A stretch of DNA of 64,000 nt, from NCBI GenBank assembly GCA_946965045.2, contig OX337236.1, positions 930,001 to 994,000 on the forward strand, in the 5' to 3' direction. A model generated the notes under the pieces. It searched no databases and was not told the origin of the DNA. It saw nothing but the letters and a program-made list of their open reading frames with translations. How positions within the stretch are numbered: position 1 is the first letter of the stretch; each line of letters starts with the position of its first letter. Source of the DNA: Epithemia pelagica (lineage: Eukaryota > Protista > Bacillariophyta). Below are positions 1-12,100 of the stretch, piece after piece. Made by a program: the position numbers and the translations under genes.

Positions 1-385
1 GAGGATATCCAGGAAAGTCTCCACCCCGACAAATGTCGCAGGGTGGCTCGGATCCCAGTGGAACGGATCCCGGAGCCACGGTGGGGGGCGGTGGTTGAGG
101 TGCTTGCGTACCGGCTCGGTCCGTGTAGCAACAAACGTCCTTGAAGTTGGCTATCAAGTCGATGCATTCAGGAGAGTCATTTTCCGATCCGGCCACCGAA
201 AGATACTTGTCGTTGCACGTGATGCCCTCTTCCACGTACCAATTGTTTCGTTCTGGGATGGGACCAGCCGAATAATATACATAGAGAGTGTCGGGACAAA
301 GATCACAAGCTTGAATACCATGGTTGTCCAAGAGGAAGGCGGACCACAACACGAAGGCTCTCAGAAAAAGTTGCTGCACACTCAT
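1..385 (-). CDS. Secreted Cys-rich repeat protein, 5' part (runs off the window edge; not in ORF track)
   Basis: Manual translation from ATG at 385 is open to base 1: MSVQQLFLRAFVLWSAFLLDNHGIQA-CDLCPD...TCND...ECIDLIANFKDVCCY-Pro/Thr linker-PCDICRGGDFPGYP. Signal peptide followed by a C-x2-C...C...C...CC module, then the start of a second module. Confidence 0.7.
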   Translation of the reverse strand, partial: MSVQQLFLRAFVLWSAFLLDNHGIQACDLCPDTLYVYYSAGPIPERNNWYVEEGITCNDKYLSVAGSENDSPECIDLIANFKDVCCYTDRAGTQAPQPPPPTVAPGSVPLGSEPPCDICRGGDFPGYP

Positions 386-2146
386 GATACTGCCCTTTTT
401 TTGATCGAAAATGGCAGGGTTGCAAATTTGTGAGGGAGAGGAGACTTTCGATCTGCTGTGGGGTCATTTGGGCTCAATTTCACTGGTCACTTCTGTTTTC
501 TCGAAATTCTCGAAAGAGGGGCATATTTAACAAGTGATGTACGAACGAGTACACAAATTAATACTTTCTCTTTGCTTCCGAGTTGATGGATTTTCTCTTG
601 GTCTTGGTCACTTGAGGCTTAAATACAAAAGCGGACCGGGATACCCCGTTTCAGTTTCACGCTATCCATTGCTCGAAGCTCCGACATGCTTATCCATATC
701 TTGCACTCATAGAATGTTTGGGCCTTGCAACAAACCGAAATATCCAGTATAACACTAGCAGCAAAGAAAGCGAGTACTACTGATAACCATGTATGGTCTT
801 TGTTTGGGCGTGAGAGAAAAGCCTCCAAGTCATTCAAAGATCATCCCCAATGCAAATCATCTTCACTTGACACTGTGCTTTTCCTTGGGACAACCGAACT
901 TACTTTAGTCAATTATATATCAAGGTCGAGATACTCCAGCGAGATGGGGTAACCGGCAGTCCAAACAAAGGTCCAACGGGGTCAGAATGCAGAGTTCAAG
1001 CAATCGATATCTCACGGGAGAAGAAGTCCCACATACGGACGAAGAAGACTTGGTTACTTTGATGAGCCCTTTTGCCTTCTGAACGTCATTGTATCAGCTT
1101 TTTCCTATCCCTTCAGATTATCGACTGGACTCATTGCACGAGCAATGGCCGAGAACAGTCATTCAAGGAATGAACGGACGGACCCAACCGACTCCAGCAA
1201 GCATATCCTATCCCCAATGGGACGCCTCTTTTGTGGTATGAGACACAATCGCGATGTGAAGTGGCCGCTTGTGAGGTGTAAATCCTATTGGGAAAGGCAC
1301 CAACCGGATGCGTGATCTTTACAATCGCTCTCAGGAGTAATCATCGGTTCCCTGATCAGTGGTGAACATAGACGACGGGGGAGGGGAGTCCTGAAACTCT
1401 TAGCGTGAGTCGGATGAACTGCAACAACAGCGGCGTGTAATCCAGGACCGATCAAAGGGAAAGGACCAAGGCGACATTGTCCTGGCATACAACACAACAT
1501 CATCCTCCGTGTACGATATTGCTAATGGGCCTTTCAGAGACATGGATATTGGGCCGGTTTGTCGCGAGTTGGCGATTGACTCGTTCTTGGGACCGATGGG
1601 TATGGGTGCGAATTGCGAATTCGTAACACTTAGACGAGTGTCATCAGGAGTTTCTCAGTTGACCAGAAGCAAAGGCCGCTTTGGTGGAACACGTGCTTCG
1701 TTTTCTTTCACAGCTTCTTGGGCAGAATCCACCGACCGCGACCGTGGTATTCTCGTAGTGGTATTCTCTTCATGGCATTTTATGGTATGGTGGGCATGGT
1801 ACATGAGTTAATTCTCCATTTTATTCGCAGATTCGAAGAATAGGATGACGTGAATTGTTTTTTCCCATTGTCTGTTGCTCCCAACACGATCTCTCCTTCA
1901 GGGTCCCCCAAAGAATTAGTGATTGGCGCACCTCTCATGATTTGGCGAAAATCATAGGCATGTGACCTCAATAATGATGGTCTGAGACTTTGTAGCATGG
2001 AAAAGGACTTGAGAGTAAACTTAGCTCTTCGTAGAGGAGCACATCATACATGTACGTTTGCGGTGGAGTCGCTTTGGTGCCTTTCTTGTGCCGAAAAAAG
2101 GGCATTTGAATAGTCCATGGGAATCTTTGTCTCGGGGTTCTTCACG

Positions 2147-2431
2147 TTATTGGCAAATAATGAAATGGACAAGCTCAGTTGGCACAGTGATAGAGGTTGC
2201 TGCTTGTGAGGCTGACAGAGACCAAAGTATGTTTGTGGGTGGGTGCGTATTGAAGCACCAGCGCGCAAAACTCGAGAAGATAGTTGTCGGATCTTGGATC
2301 TCAAAGTGGATGACGGCTGGGTTTCCTCTGGCCCGGGCGCGGGCTAGGTAGGCGAATCCCACGGCAGCATCACATCTCCAAGGATCTAATGCAAGCGTGC
2401 AACAAAGCAAAAAGACAATCCTTAAGGACAT
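2147..2431 (-). CDS. Possible small secreted hypothetical protein
   Basis: MSLRIVFLLCCTLALDPWRCDAAVGF looks like a signal peptide. No recognisable domain; could be a fragment. Confidence 0.25.
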   Translation of the reverse strand: MSLRIVFLLCCTLALDPWRCDAAVGFAYLARARARGNPAVIHFEIQDPTTIFSSFARWCFNTHPPTNILWSLSASQAATSITVPTELVHFIICQ

Positions 2432-2678
2432 TGCGTTGTAGCTTGTAGAACGAAACCACCGCGTAGTTTTGGAGCATCTCCTCCTACTCTTAGGAGTAGT
2501 AGGAGTACGAGTAGAATTGGCTTTAATGTTCTGCCGAAAGGACATAGCCTTCATAATCACGTGTAAGGCCGAAACGGATCCGTGACTGGAGTGACGTACT
2601 TTCGGATGCATGTTTTGATGGAGGGGAAGTTTTTGTTCTGTACAGAACATCGAATCATCATTGTGTTGTTGTTGTTTC

Positions 2679-3653
2679 ATGTGGCTGTCGCCTCTGTTTC
2701 AACCATATGGGTTTCTGCCATTGGCAACAACGTCGATTTTACTCCATGTTCTCTTCCAGGGATCATCCATTATTGGAACATGTCGCGCCTTTGACGTGAG
2801 GCGATTGGAGTTTTCGAACTGGCATCCAACCAGAACCACGTTCTCGGCAGCCACATCCTGCCACTGGCTGCCAAAAAACTCACCGGAAGCAACTCGGCGC
2901 AAGTGCTCGCCCAAGACAATGCTTTTGTCATCGACGAAACCGATCCATCTGTCCTTGTCGCGCTTGGACCGACAGGGTGGAATCTTGTATCAAACGTCCA
3001 TTTTCAACACGTCCGAATTGGTACAGTTGCGTCAGGATTTGTCTCACTACCAACGGCAAATGGTGGAGGAAACCAAGTCGTCTGTGGCTCAAAATCGTCT
3101 GGGTGTCGCACTTCCCAAGGATTCCGTCACGTGCGAAATTGTCCGTCATGGCAGTTTGACCGAATGGGTCAATGACGTTGCAGTACCGCGTCGTGATCGC
3201 CAGGAACCACCCGCGTCGACACGCTATGTCCTTCGGGACGACATGGTGCCAGTAGAACTTCGTTCGTACGAAAAGCCGGGCGCTTGTATGGCGTGGCATT
3301 CGGACGATGTCTTGTTTGATCCTCCCCAATTGGAAGTGGTGTGGACCTTGGAAAATACTTCGAATTGCGTCACGCAATGGAAACCCTCGACCAACAACAA
3401 CAACAACAACAATGTCGTGGCGACGGTCGAAACCGATGTCAATGCCGCCTTGTTGATTCAAGCGGGAGGTCCCAGTCATTGTGTCACCAGCTTGCGTTAC
3501 GGTCGTCGCGTCATTCTCAAATGTGTCTATGCCCTTCCCGATGCCACCTTTTGTACCGTGCCCGTCACACAATTTGCATCCTCCAAGAAGCGGCAGTCCT
3601 CCAAGGGCAAATCTTCCAAAGGCCGTCGTCCAGTTGGCAAAAAGCGGAACTGA
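2679..3653 (+). CDS. 2OG-Fe(II) dioxygenase-like protein, probably plastid-targeted
   Basis: ELRSYEKPGACMAWHSDD (H-x-D), GPSHCVT (distal His), GRRVILK (2OG-binding Arg). Hydrophobic N-terminus followed by CRA-F (ASAFAP-like). Basic C-terminal tail. Confidence 0.7.
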   Translation: MWLSPLFQPYGFLPLATTSILLHVLFQGSSIIGTCRAFDVRRLEFSNWHPTRTTFSAATSCHWLPKNSPEATRRKCSPKTMLLSSTKPIHLSLSRLDRQGGILYQTSIFNTSELVQLRQDLSHYQRQMVEETKSSVAQNRLGVALPKDSVTCEIVRHGSLTEWVNDVAVPRRDRQEPPASTRYVLRDDMVPVELRSYEKPGACMAWHSDDVLFDPPQLEVVWTLENTSNCVTQWKPSTNNNNNNNVVATVETDVNAALLIQAGGPSHCVTSLRYGRRVILKCVYALPDATFCTVPVTQFASSKKRQSSKGKSSKGRRPVGKKRN

Positions 3654-4070
3654 TCATTTGAAGCATATAGTTCATAACCATACCATAGTGTCAAGAATGC
3701 GAGGAAAGCATCGCTAAACTAGTATGTCCAACCTACATGCGAGTTACTCCTAGTCCAGTAGTGCTACTCCTAGAGGACATTTTCTATCCGTGCTATGTGC
3801 TTCACATATCAAACGCTCGAATAACGGTCAGTAACGGTTGGCCAATCCATCGCGCAAAGACAAACAAGATTCTTTGTCATTGTCACAATGGATGCGGACA
3901 AAACAACGAAACAACAGGAGGCAATCGAGGAAAGGAGAGCACAAGCACACGGATTCTTCTTGGATTGAATCTTGGTCTGTTTCTCAATCAAGTGTTTTTG
4001 GTTTCACTGGGTTCCGCATTTTGATTTTCGGCCTGCTGGACGACGCATAAGAAGAGCTACCTAGCTGACG

Positions 4071-5789
4071 ATGTGTTCCACCATGAATCCGTCATGGACT
4101 ACCAGGACGAGACGTCCTGCGATGCAATTGTGGACCACCAAGGCGTTGTGGACGACACTATTTTGTGTGGCGTGCTTCTTGAGAACGACGGTCTTGGCTG
4201 CTCCAAGCAGTAGTAGTAGCACTACTACGACTACCAGTCATGTCTTTGTGTTTCGTCATTGCATTCGCAGTACCAATACCAGTGTGAATTTGTACGATGG
4301 TGCAACCCGCCAAGAGTCGACCTTTTCGACCAATATTTCCGATTATATCATGGTTCCCTTGCCGGAATGGAATACCGGTGTCGAATGGTGTACCACGGCT
4401 GGATACGACCATATGCAACAAGTGGGTTCGCACTTGTGGCACCGGTATTTTGGCATTGCCACTTCGTTGCACGTTCAAATCATTACCGACACGGTCCAAC
4501 GCGATGTTTCCTCGGCCTTTGCCTTGGCCGAAGGTATTGCCACGGCGGCACAAGCGGCTGGACAAGTCATTACGGGCCTCAATCAACCCCAATACGATCC
4601 CTACTTGTTTCATCCTACCAAAAAAATAAAGGATATGGACTTGAGTGGGTCGTCCACCGGTCCACCCCGCTTGTGCGAGAAACCCAGTGACACGCAACTG
4701 TCTCAGGATATTGCCACACGGTTGACCAGTGTCGTACGACCGGCTTGGAACATGACGGAAAGCCTGGAAGTACTGGAACACTATGTTGGTGTGGGTGAAG
4801 CTGGATCTCTGCTGGATATGTGGCCACCCGGAAACAACAATCCCAACCATACCGAATCTCTGAATGACCCGACACTGCATCCCACGCTGCCCAAACTGCA
4901 AGGTCCCATCAATGTGATGAAATTGGTGGCCCAAATGGCCTTTTATGCGCGCACCTCCAATGTACTCTTTCTGCCCACCCTGACCGTACCGGACATGATG
5001 GACTTGTTGGCCTGGCATTATTGGATGCGCAGTGTGTTGGCGATTGGGAATGTGAGGGCTGCCATGGATGGAGCCGTAGTGGTGCACCGACTCTTGCAAT
5101 TGTTGGAACCACCCCAACAACAATCACCACAGGACGACTTGGACACGCACCCACACCACGTTACCATACTGATGGGACATGATGGAACATTGGATTCGAT
5201 TGCGACTGCGTTAGATCTTTCATGGGAATTGCCGCCGCCCTATCCCTCCAGTCTTCAAGCCGCAGCAGCGGCAGGCGACAGTGCTAGTGCAAGTGATCCT
5301 TCAAACAACAATACTACTACGACGACGACGGATTTGCCCCAATGGTCTCCCACTCCTCCGGCCTCCGCCTTGTACTTTGCCTCCACCACCTCCAACGATC
5401 CCAACACCCAACCAATGGTAGACATGAGCTTGTTGGCACCCCTCTTTTTCAAAAATATCAACCCCTCCGACCCTGATGAGTATACCGTGGATGTCTCGGG
5501 GAACTTGATTGCTGTTCCGGCTCTCTGGAACTTTCAGCATTCCAATGCCCAAGTGTTGGATGATGCTGTGCGAGTGTCGGGGAACAATCCCATTCAAGCG
5601 CTACGGAATCGAATGATTCAAGTACTCAATGGCTTTTACAGTCCACAAGCCATGCAATGTTATCAAACGGCGGTCCAACACTATCCCCCACCAGCGAATG
5701 AGCAACCCACACCCTCTCCCGGCACAACCCCCTCCCCCACGAGTAGTAGTCCTCCCAAGCACAACAACAGTACAAACGAGAACCATTCG

Positions 5790-5822
<33 letters not shown>

Positions 5823-6173
5823 TCACCAGTAGTAGCACCACCCGCTTCCATTCCATCACCACCCACCAAAGCACAAGTTCCCACCGTTGTTCCACCACCA
5901 CCACCACCCTCTCAACACTCCAATGGTGGTGGCGGTGCCAGTGGTAGTGGCAGCAGTTCCAATTCTTCCAACAACAACAACAACATGTTTGGATCGTCCG
6001 CCACGACAACCTCGTCTCCCTTGCTCTTTTTGGTGGTTGGACTTGTCTTTGTTGGTATCTTGGCCGTCTTGCGCAAACCAATTGCCCGTGGTTTGGGGTT
6101 GGGAAGTCGTCCCATTCAGTATAGCGATATGGATACTGGTCACGATTTGGATTTTTCCATGGAAATGATTTAA
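4071..6173 (+). CDS. Histidine acid phosphatase (branch 2; glucose-1-phosphatase/phytase-like), membrane anchored
   Basis: VFVFRHCIRS (RHxxR) and ILMGHDGT (HD) motifs. N-terminal signal peptide, Ser/Pro/Asn-rich stalk, C-terminal TM helix LLFLVVGLVFVGILAVL. Confidence 0.8.
5791..5821 (+). repeat. (CGT)10 microsatellite encoding poly-Ser in the phosphatase stalk
   Basis: Ten perfect CGT units read directly. Confidence 0.95.
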
Positions 6174-6423
6174 GAAACCACACACACACGCGCACTTATA
6201 CTCAAACTCATTGCCCCAAGACACAACGACGACCAGTCCAACCTTTCATCTCTCGCATCGGGTCCAATCCAAATGTTTAGAATCTTGGTTATCATTATCA
6301 TCCCCCGCCTCTCGCTCTAGCGCTAGCGGAGTCTATGCTCCCCGATGAAGAGTAGACAGCATAGCCTATTTTGACGCAACGCGATTACTAGATTTCACGA
6401 CCAAGACCAAAAAGATACTTTTA

Positions 6424-6585
6424 TGTTGGGAAAGCGGATGTCGCCCGGCGCGGAGAAACACGTGACGCAATGACACTGGCCGCAGCACCAAAGACGGTGA
6501 CCTGGGCCGACGTAGTTAGACGAACACGATAACTTATAATTTTTCCTCATCAATGAATTGACGCTGTCTGCACGGTATCTCAACA
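6424..6585 (+). repeat. 5' LTR (162 bp)
   Basis: TGTTGGGAAAGCGG...GGTATCTCAACA. Identical to the 3' LTR except for 19 extra bp (6546-6564). Confidence 0.97.
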
Positions 6586-6600
6586 GGTTATTGAGCCCAA
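6586..6600 (+). promoter_or_regulatory. Primer binding site (copia-type, half-tRNAiMet-like)
   Basis: GGTTATTGAGCCCAA directly after the LTR resembles the GGTTATGGGCCCAG PBS of copia-type elements primed by an internal tRNAiMet fragment. Confidence 0.75.
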
Positions 6601-6657
6601 CTGTCGAATTGCTTCCTACTCGGCAGGCAACGTCCCTGTGGTGGGTAATAGCCCATC

Positions 6658-9161
6658 ATGACAACCTCGGGTCGATCCAACGAGGATCCCCCAGGACACA
6701 CTACTCCGTTTGGTAATTTACTTCGCCGTACCCCATTTCAACGCATCCTCCATGGATGGCAGGGTACCACTGTCCCTACAAGCCCTCAATCGTCGGATCT
6801 TCGCACCTCCGTTGTTGGACGTAACATTGAAACCCTACAAGAAGAACTAGCGAATGCTGTTCACCCAGTCACTGTGGAGACCGTCGACTCCAATACAACC
6901 AGTGAACGACCTCGGGTCCGTCCGGATCCAGCACCTAGTGGTCCTTCCCCACCTACGTACTCGCCTATTGCGGCCGATGAAGACCCTCTCAGCGTTTACA
7001 GTCCCTACACTCAAGCCGTCATTCTCGCGGGTGGTGACCAATCCATTATCCGATCCACCTACCGTAGTTCGTACCTTGTGGACACTATTGAAGCTGCCGA
7101 AGATGCTGCGCATGAAATGACTGATGGGACCCTCCCAGAGGCCCAGTCACCTCCACCACACCTCATCACGGCGCCTGCTCCCACTGCCCCTTCACCACTC
7201 ACTGCATCCTTTGGCTCTGACACCAGTGTGGAGTCCGTCCCTGATGTGAGTTTCTCCAGTCCTTTGTCCAAATGTCCCATTCCCTCTGGAGTAACCTTGG
7301 GCCCGACGGACCTTCTTGTCTACGCTCGCACTAGTACTTCCGTCCCTCCTCAGGCAGTCGTTCAGGACTCCTATGAAGGCATTGGCCATCCCTATCTACG
7401 AGGTTATGTTGGTCCGGATCGTAGTCAGCAACGGTCCCAGAAACGTTTTTATGTGGTCAAGACTGGGTGGATCCGGGAATTTTCACCTCTTGGGCTGCGG
7501 CTTGGGTGCGTACCATTGATTTTAAGGCCGCCTCTGGGCATGGTGCCGAATTTGCCAGTGCCAGCACCTACCAGGCTGCCGTACGATTCCTTGGTTGGGA
7601 CCCTTCCCACCAATCCTCTCCCACTGGTCCCTTCCCTCCTCCACCTTCGGCTCCTTTTGTCCGTGGTCCGGTTGTTCCTCCCTCGTCTCTCCCCGCTCAG
7701 GTCGCATCGTCTCTTCGCTCTTCCTCTCTTCCCTCGGCTATGGTCGACGAGGTTGTCCACCGTTTGCAGGACTCTTACTTCTCGGCCCCGTCTCATGTTG
7801 CGTCCGGGGGGGATCCAGCTCCTGTGGTCACAACTCCCGCATCCACTCGTGGGGAAGAGCAGCCACGTACCATTGAGGCCAACGATGGGAAACTTCGTCG
7901 GGAACAAAAGGGATTTCCGGAATTCCCTGCCACGGCTTTTACCGGCGAATTGTTTGACGTCTTCTACGAGGCGGTTCGCAACATTGTGCACATGGGTCAT
8001 TGGTTGCTCTCTGATGGGAGTGACATTACTTCTCATACCGACACCCCAGACAACGCCCGCGATCGAGAAATCTCCAGCCACCTTCATTATCATTTGGTAA
8101 TTTCTATCCAGGTCCATCGCAACCCTGTTGCGCTCGGCGTCTTGTCGGAACTTCGATCCACTGACGACTATGGCAACGGCATCAAGCTTCTTGCGTCTCT
8201 TCGCGCGATTGCGTATCCCACGACCACTAGTTCGTTCTTGCACGACTTCGATACTTGGAGCCGCCTCAGTCACCGTAACAAGGAGGAACTTACAACGTTT
8301 TATCGGCGGGCCAAGGAAGCGCGTCACCGACTCAGTACTCACTCCTACACTATGACCGACTTCCAGTTCCGTACCCGTCTCTACTATTTGGTTATCAAGG
8401 GACCCTATGGCCACGCCATGGGTACGATAGAAGAAGAACTCAAGTGTGGACGTATTGACCTTGCTACCATCACCACCCAAGACCTGTTCATGATGATGCA
8501 CCAGGAATTTCGTGAAAAGTGTTATAAGAACCGGTCTACCATGGAAGTGGTTGAGGGGAAGGCCCCTGTGGGTGCTCCCAAGGGTCGCCGAGTTCAAGAG
8601 TTTCCTGGTTTGGATGGTTTCACCGCCGTGGGTGCCACTCTCAGTCCTGATGACGCTCGTCAAAATCACCGTGACTTCAAGTGCCTTCTCTGCAAGATTT
8701 ATCGCAAGGGGAATCGGAAACACGCTCCTGGTATTCACTCCACTGCCAAATGCCCCATTTTGAAGGAGTGCGGTTTCACCATTCAGTATGATTATGAACA
8801 AGACCGTGTCCTCAACCCTGACGGGAAACCTTCCTCCTTCCCCAATAGTGGTCGTGGTCGTCGTGCCTCCGCTGGCGACTCGTCGTCGGCCGATGGGGGG
8901 GGGGGTTCTTCGTCGATTCCGTCGTCGACTCCTACTGCTGCGGCGGCCCGTCGTGTCCCTGAGTCCCCTCCTCAAGACAGTCCCAGTCCTACTCCTGGAC
9001 GTAAGTGCTCGTCTCAAGCCTCAAGCGATCACGCTAGCTCTCCTCCTCACCGACCCTCTCTCTCTCCCACACAGGATCTGAGTGATGATTCCGATATCTG
9101 GTCCTACTCTTCGTCGTCGGCACCAGTAGCGACGGCGATGTCCCATCCTATCTACATCTGA
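6658..9161 (+). pseudogene. gag: Copia gag region (frameshifted near 7469) with RNase H1 hybrid-binding-like domain and atypical zinc knuckle
   Basis: Joining ORF 6658 to ORF 7467 restores RFYVVKTGW-DPGIFTSWAAAW...AAVRFLG. Later CLLCK...HSTAKC knuckle at 8682-8753. Confidence 0.8.
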
Positions 9162-12100
9162 GAGAGTCATCCCCTGAGGAAGGAGAGCTAGACATAAGTG
9201 ATTTAAACGAGCAATCTTCCCCTATGTGTCGTCGTAGTTGGAGTCCTACAGCTGTGTGTTCGCGACCATTGGTTTGCCCAGACTCTGGAGCCACAGCAGA
9301 TATGTTTTGGGACCGTTCTTTATTCGATGATGCCACCTACACCCCGCTCACCGATCATTACGTGGAAATGGGTGACGGTAGTCGCGTGGCCATTGAGGGT
9401 CGTGGTACCGTGAATGTGTGTCTCGATGGGCATCACGTCTGACTTGCGGACTGCTTACACGTTCCCACGTTGGATGTGCATCTTCTATCCATTCGTGTAC
9501 ATCGACGTTGAGGGAGTGGTTGTAGCTTTATTGCCGATGATGATGGAATGTACTTGACCTTCCCGACCTTCGTCCTCCACGTCGACGATACCGATGATGC
9601 CTTGCTTGATGCCACCCCGTGTGTGGCGCCCAGCCAGACTCCCGTCTATAGCGATACCATTGGCAGCGTTCTCTACGGTCGAGCACAGAACATGCTCCGC
9701 CGCATGCAAACGCGTTCTATGTCCCAACCAACCGGAGAATCTCCATTGCCGGCCACGTCGGCCGATGCACCCTCTTCTCCGTCCACCAACCAACCCACAC
9801 CCACGGCCGATTGTTCTCTTCCACCGTGCTACACCGCTGACACTGGCTCTCGAGAGACTCGCCGCGTCACTCCATTCGCTCTACACCGTTTGTTCGGCAA
9901 TCGGAATCTCAAGGAATACTCTTTACTTGGAGACGTGGGCCGTGGCATTTCTGTCACGTTGGCTCAGGAACCTACGGCTACTGCTGGTGATTTTGTTACA
10001 GTTGACCAGCGCCGTCGTGGTCCCTCTCAACGTCGTCGGGCCCACAAGTTGGAGTTAGTGGGTATGGATATCGGCTAGGGCAATGGGACCTGGGGGGTAC
10101 AACTATTGTCTCACCCTAGTCGACTCGGCCACTCGCATGGTATTTTGTTATGGCCTACGGAGTCTCGGCCACGCCGACATTCAAGATGCTCTCTGGCGTT
10201 TTATAGTGGACGCGGGCGGTATGCCCAAGGTCATCCAGTGTGACTTTGACAGTCGGTTCCTGGGTGGCGGCGTCGCTCGGTTTCTCCGCAGTCTCCGTAT
10301 TCGTGTCCGCTCTGCGGCTCCTCGTCGCCAATCCTCCAACGGTCTCGTGGAACGGTATTGGCAAACTGGTGTCCGTATGGCCCGCTCCTACCTGGCCGAG
10401 GCTAAACTTCCTGCTCGGTTTTGGTTTTGGGCATTGCGAACTGCCTTCCAACGGATGAATCTCCTGCCGGTCCAGTCGCTCTCCGCTGAGAAGGAGTCCC
10501 TGGGTGAATGGACTACTCCCCTCACTTTATTTTACGGCCAGCGACCTGACTACCGGGTTCTCTTTGAGTTTGGCGCCATCGGTTATTTCAATCGTCCGAC
10601 TGATGGTCCTCGCCAACGTCGCACTTTCGAATCCCATAGTTTTGTCGGTATTGCTCTGGGTCGCAGTGACTTTTGTAATGGTGTGGTCTTTTACAACCCC
10701 GACCAACACTCGTTCTCCGTTTCCAGTGACTACACTCTGGATGTGGACCGCGGTGTCTCGGATGCCTTCCCTTCGCTCGTGTACGATGGGGGGCTGCAAC
10801 TATCGTTATTGGATCGTACTGAGGCCAAGGTTCTGCATCCTCCTGGATCCTCGGTGTACTGGAGTTCTCCTGGCTCTACTGACCAACACTCTGGCGTTGT
10901 CCTTCAAGTTCCTACGAGTCAGACTCCTAGTTACAGTCTACAGACGCCGGACAACACCACCGTGGAAGTCGATCCGGATATGGTGTGGGGGGTCCTACCC
11001 CTCAAAGGAGACGGCCCTCTTCACTCGACCGAAACTGCTGATGCCGACCATGTTTCTGATATCACGGCCGACCATCCACTCCGTCCGTCGTGGATACGAG
11101 CTGACGAGGCCGTGACCCTCTATTCAGATCCATGGGTTCCTTCACGGCCGATTGCGGCTAGATTCTGACGGTGACTGGGAATTCGTCGCCCGTGCCAAAC
11201 AGAGCAACAATCAACGACCGATCATCCCGCTCCCGGATCTACTCCAAACCTACTTGGAGCGATTACGAGAGGGCACCTTACAAGTGGGATGGCCCGCCAA
11301 CCCTGGTGCACCCCAACTGGTCGGACGATTCGTGTCTGCAGCCAAATTGATCTCGAAGTGCGCTCCCAGTTGTCTTCTTCATCTCCCTAAGCTACATCCA
11401 ACCGATCAAATTGTATGGGGGGACGCTTACTCCGAGGAACATGGCAGTCTCAAGACCATGGATGTGTTTGATGTGATTAGTGGTGCAGAATATGCGCGCT
11501 ACAGGGCCCAAGGGTTCAAGGCCATACCTACAATGAATATATTTACGGTAAAGCCGGACGAACTTGGAAACCCGTATCGAGCCAAGAGTCGCATAGTTGT
11601 GCTGGGAAACTTGGAGGAACGTATATGGTCGAACTCGGAACGGTATGCGCCGGTACTACAATCAACCAGTTGCCGCTTACTTATATCTCTTGCCATACAG
11701 CACGGCAAGATAGCTAAGCAAGGCGACTGCAAGAATGCGTTCTGTCAACCGGAACTGCCCGAGGATGAAGTGGTGATATGCGAACCACCACGCGGATGCC
11801 CTATCAGTGAGCCAGGAACGTATTGGAAATTGAAGAAAACGTTATACGGCCTTCGTCGTAGCCCACGACATTGGTACGACAAGTTTATTGCTGTCCTTGT
11901 CAATGATTTGGGATTCACACAGTGCGCTAATGACCCATGTGTCTTAGTGGGTAAACCTTTTGAGGACGAAGCCCCAGTCTATGTTGGTGTCTACGTCGAT
12001 GACTTCATCTATGTTAGCGCATCGGACAAAACTGAGAAGTGGTTCGAGGAGTCTTTGGGCAAACTGCTGACGGTCGATTTCATGGGCGCAGTTACCTACT

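Noticed and set aside
7449-9017. 522-aa antisense ORF in the copia gag
   Set aside because: No motifs; explained as a shadow of GC-rich sense coding.
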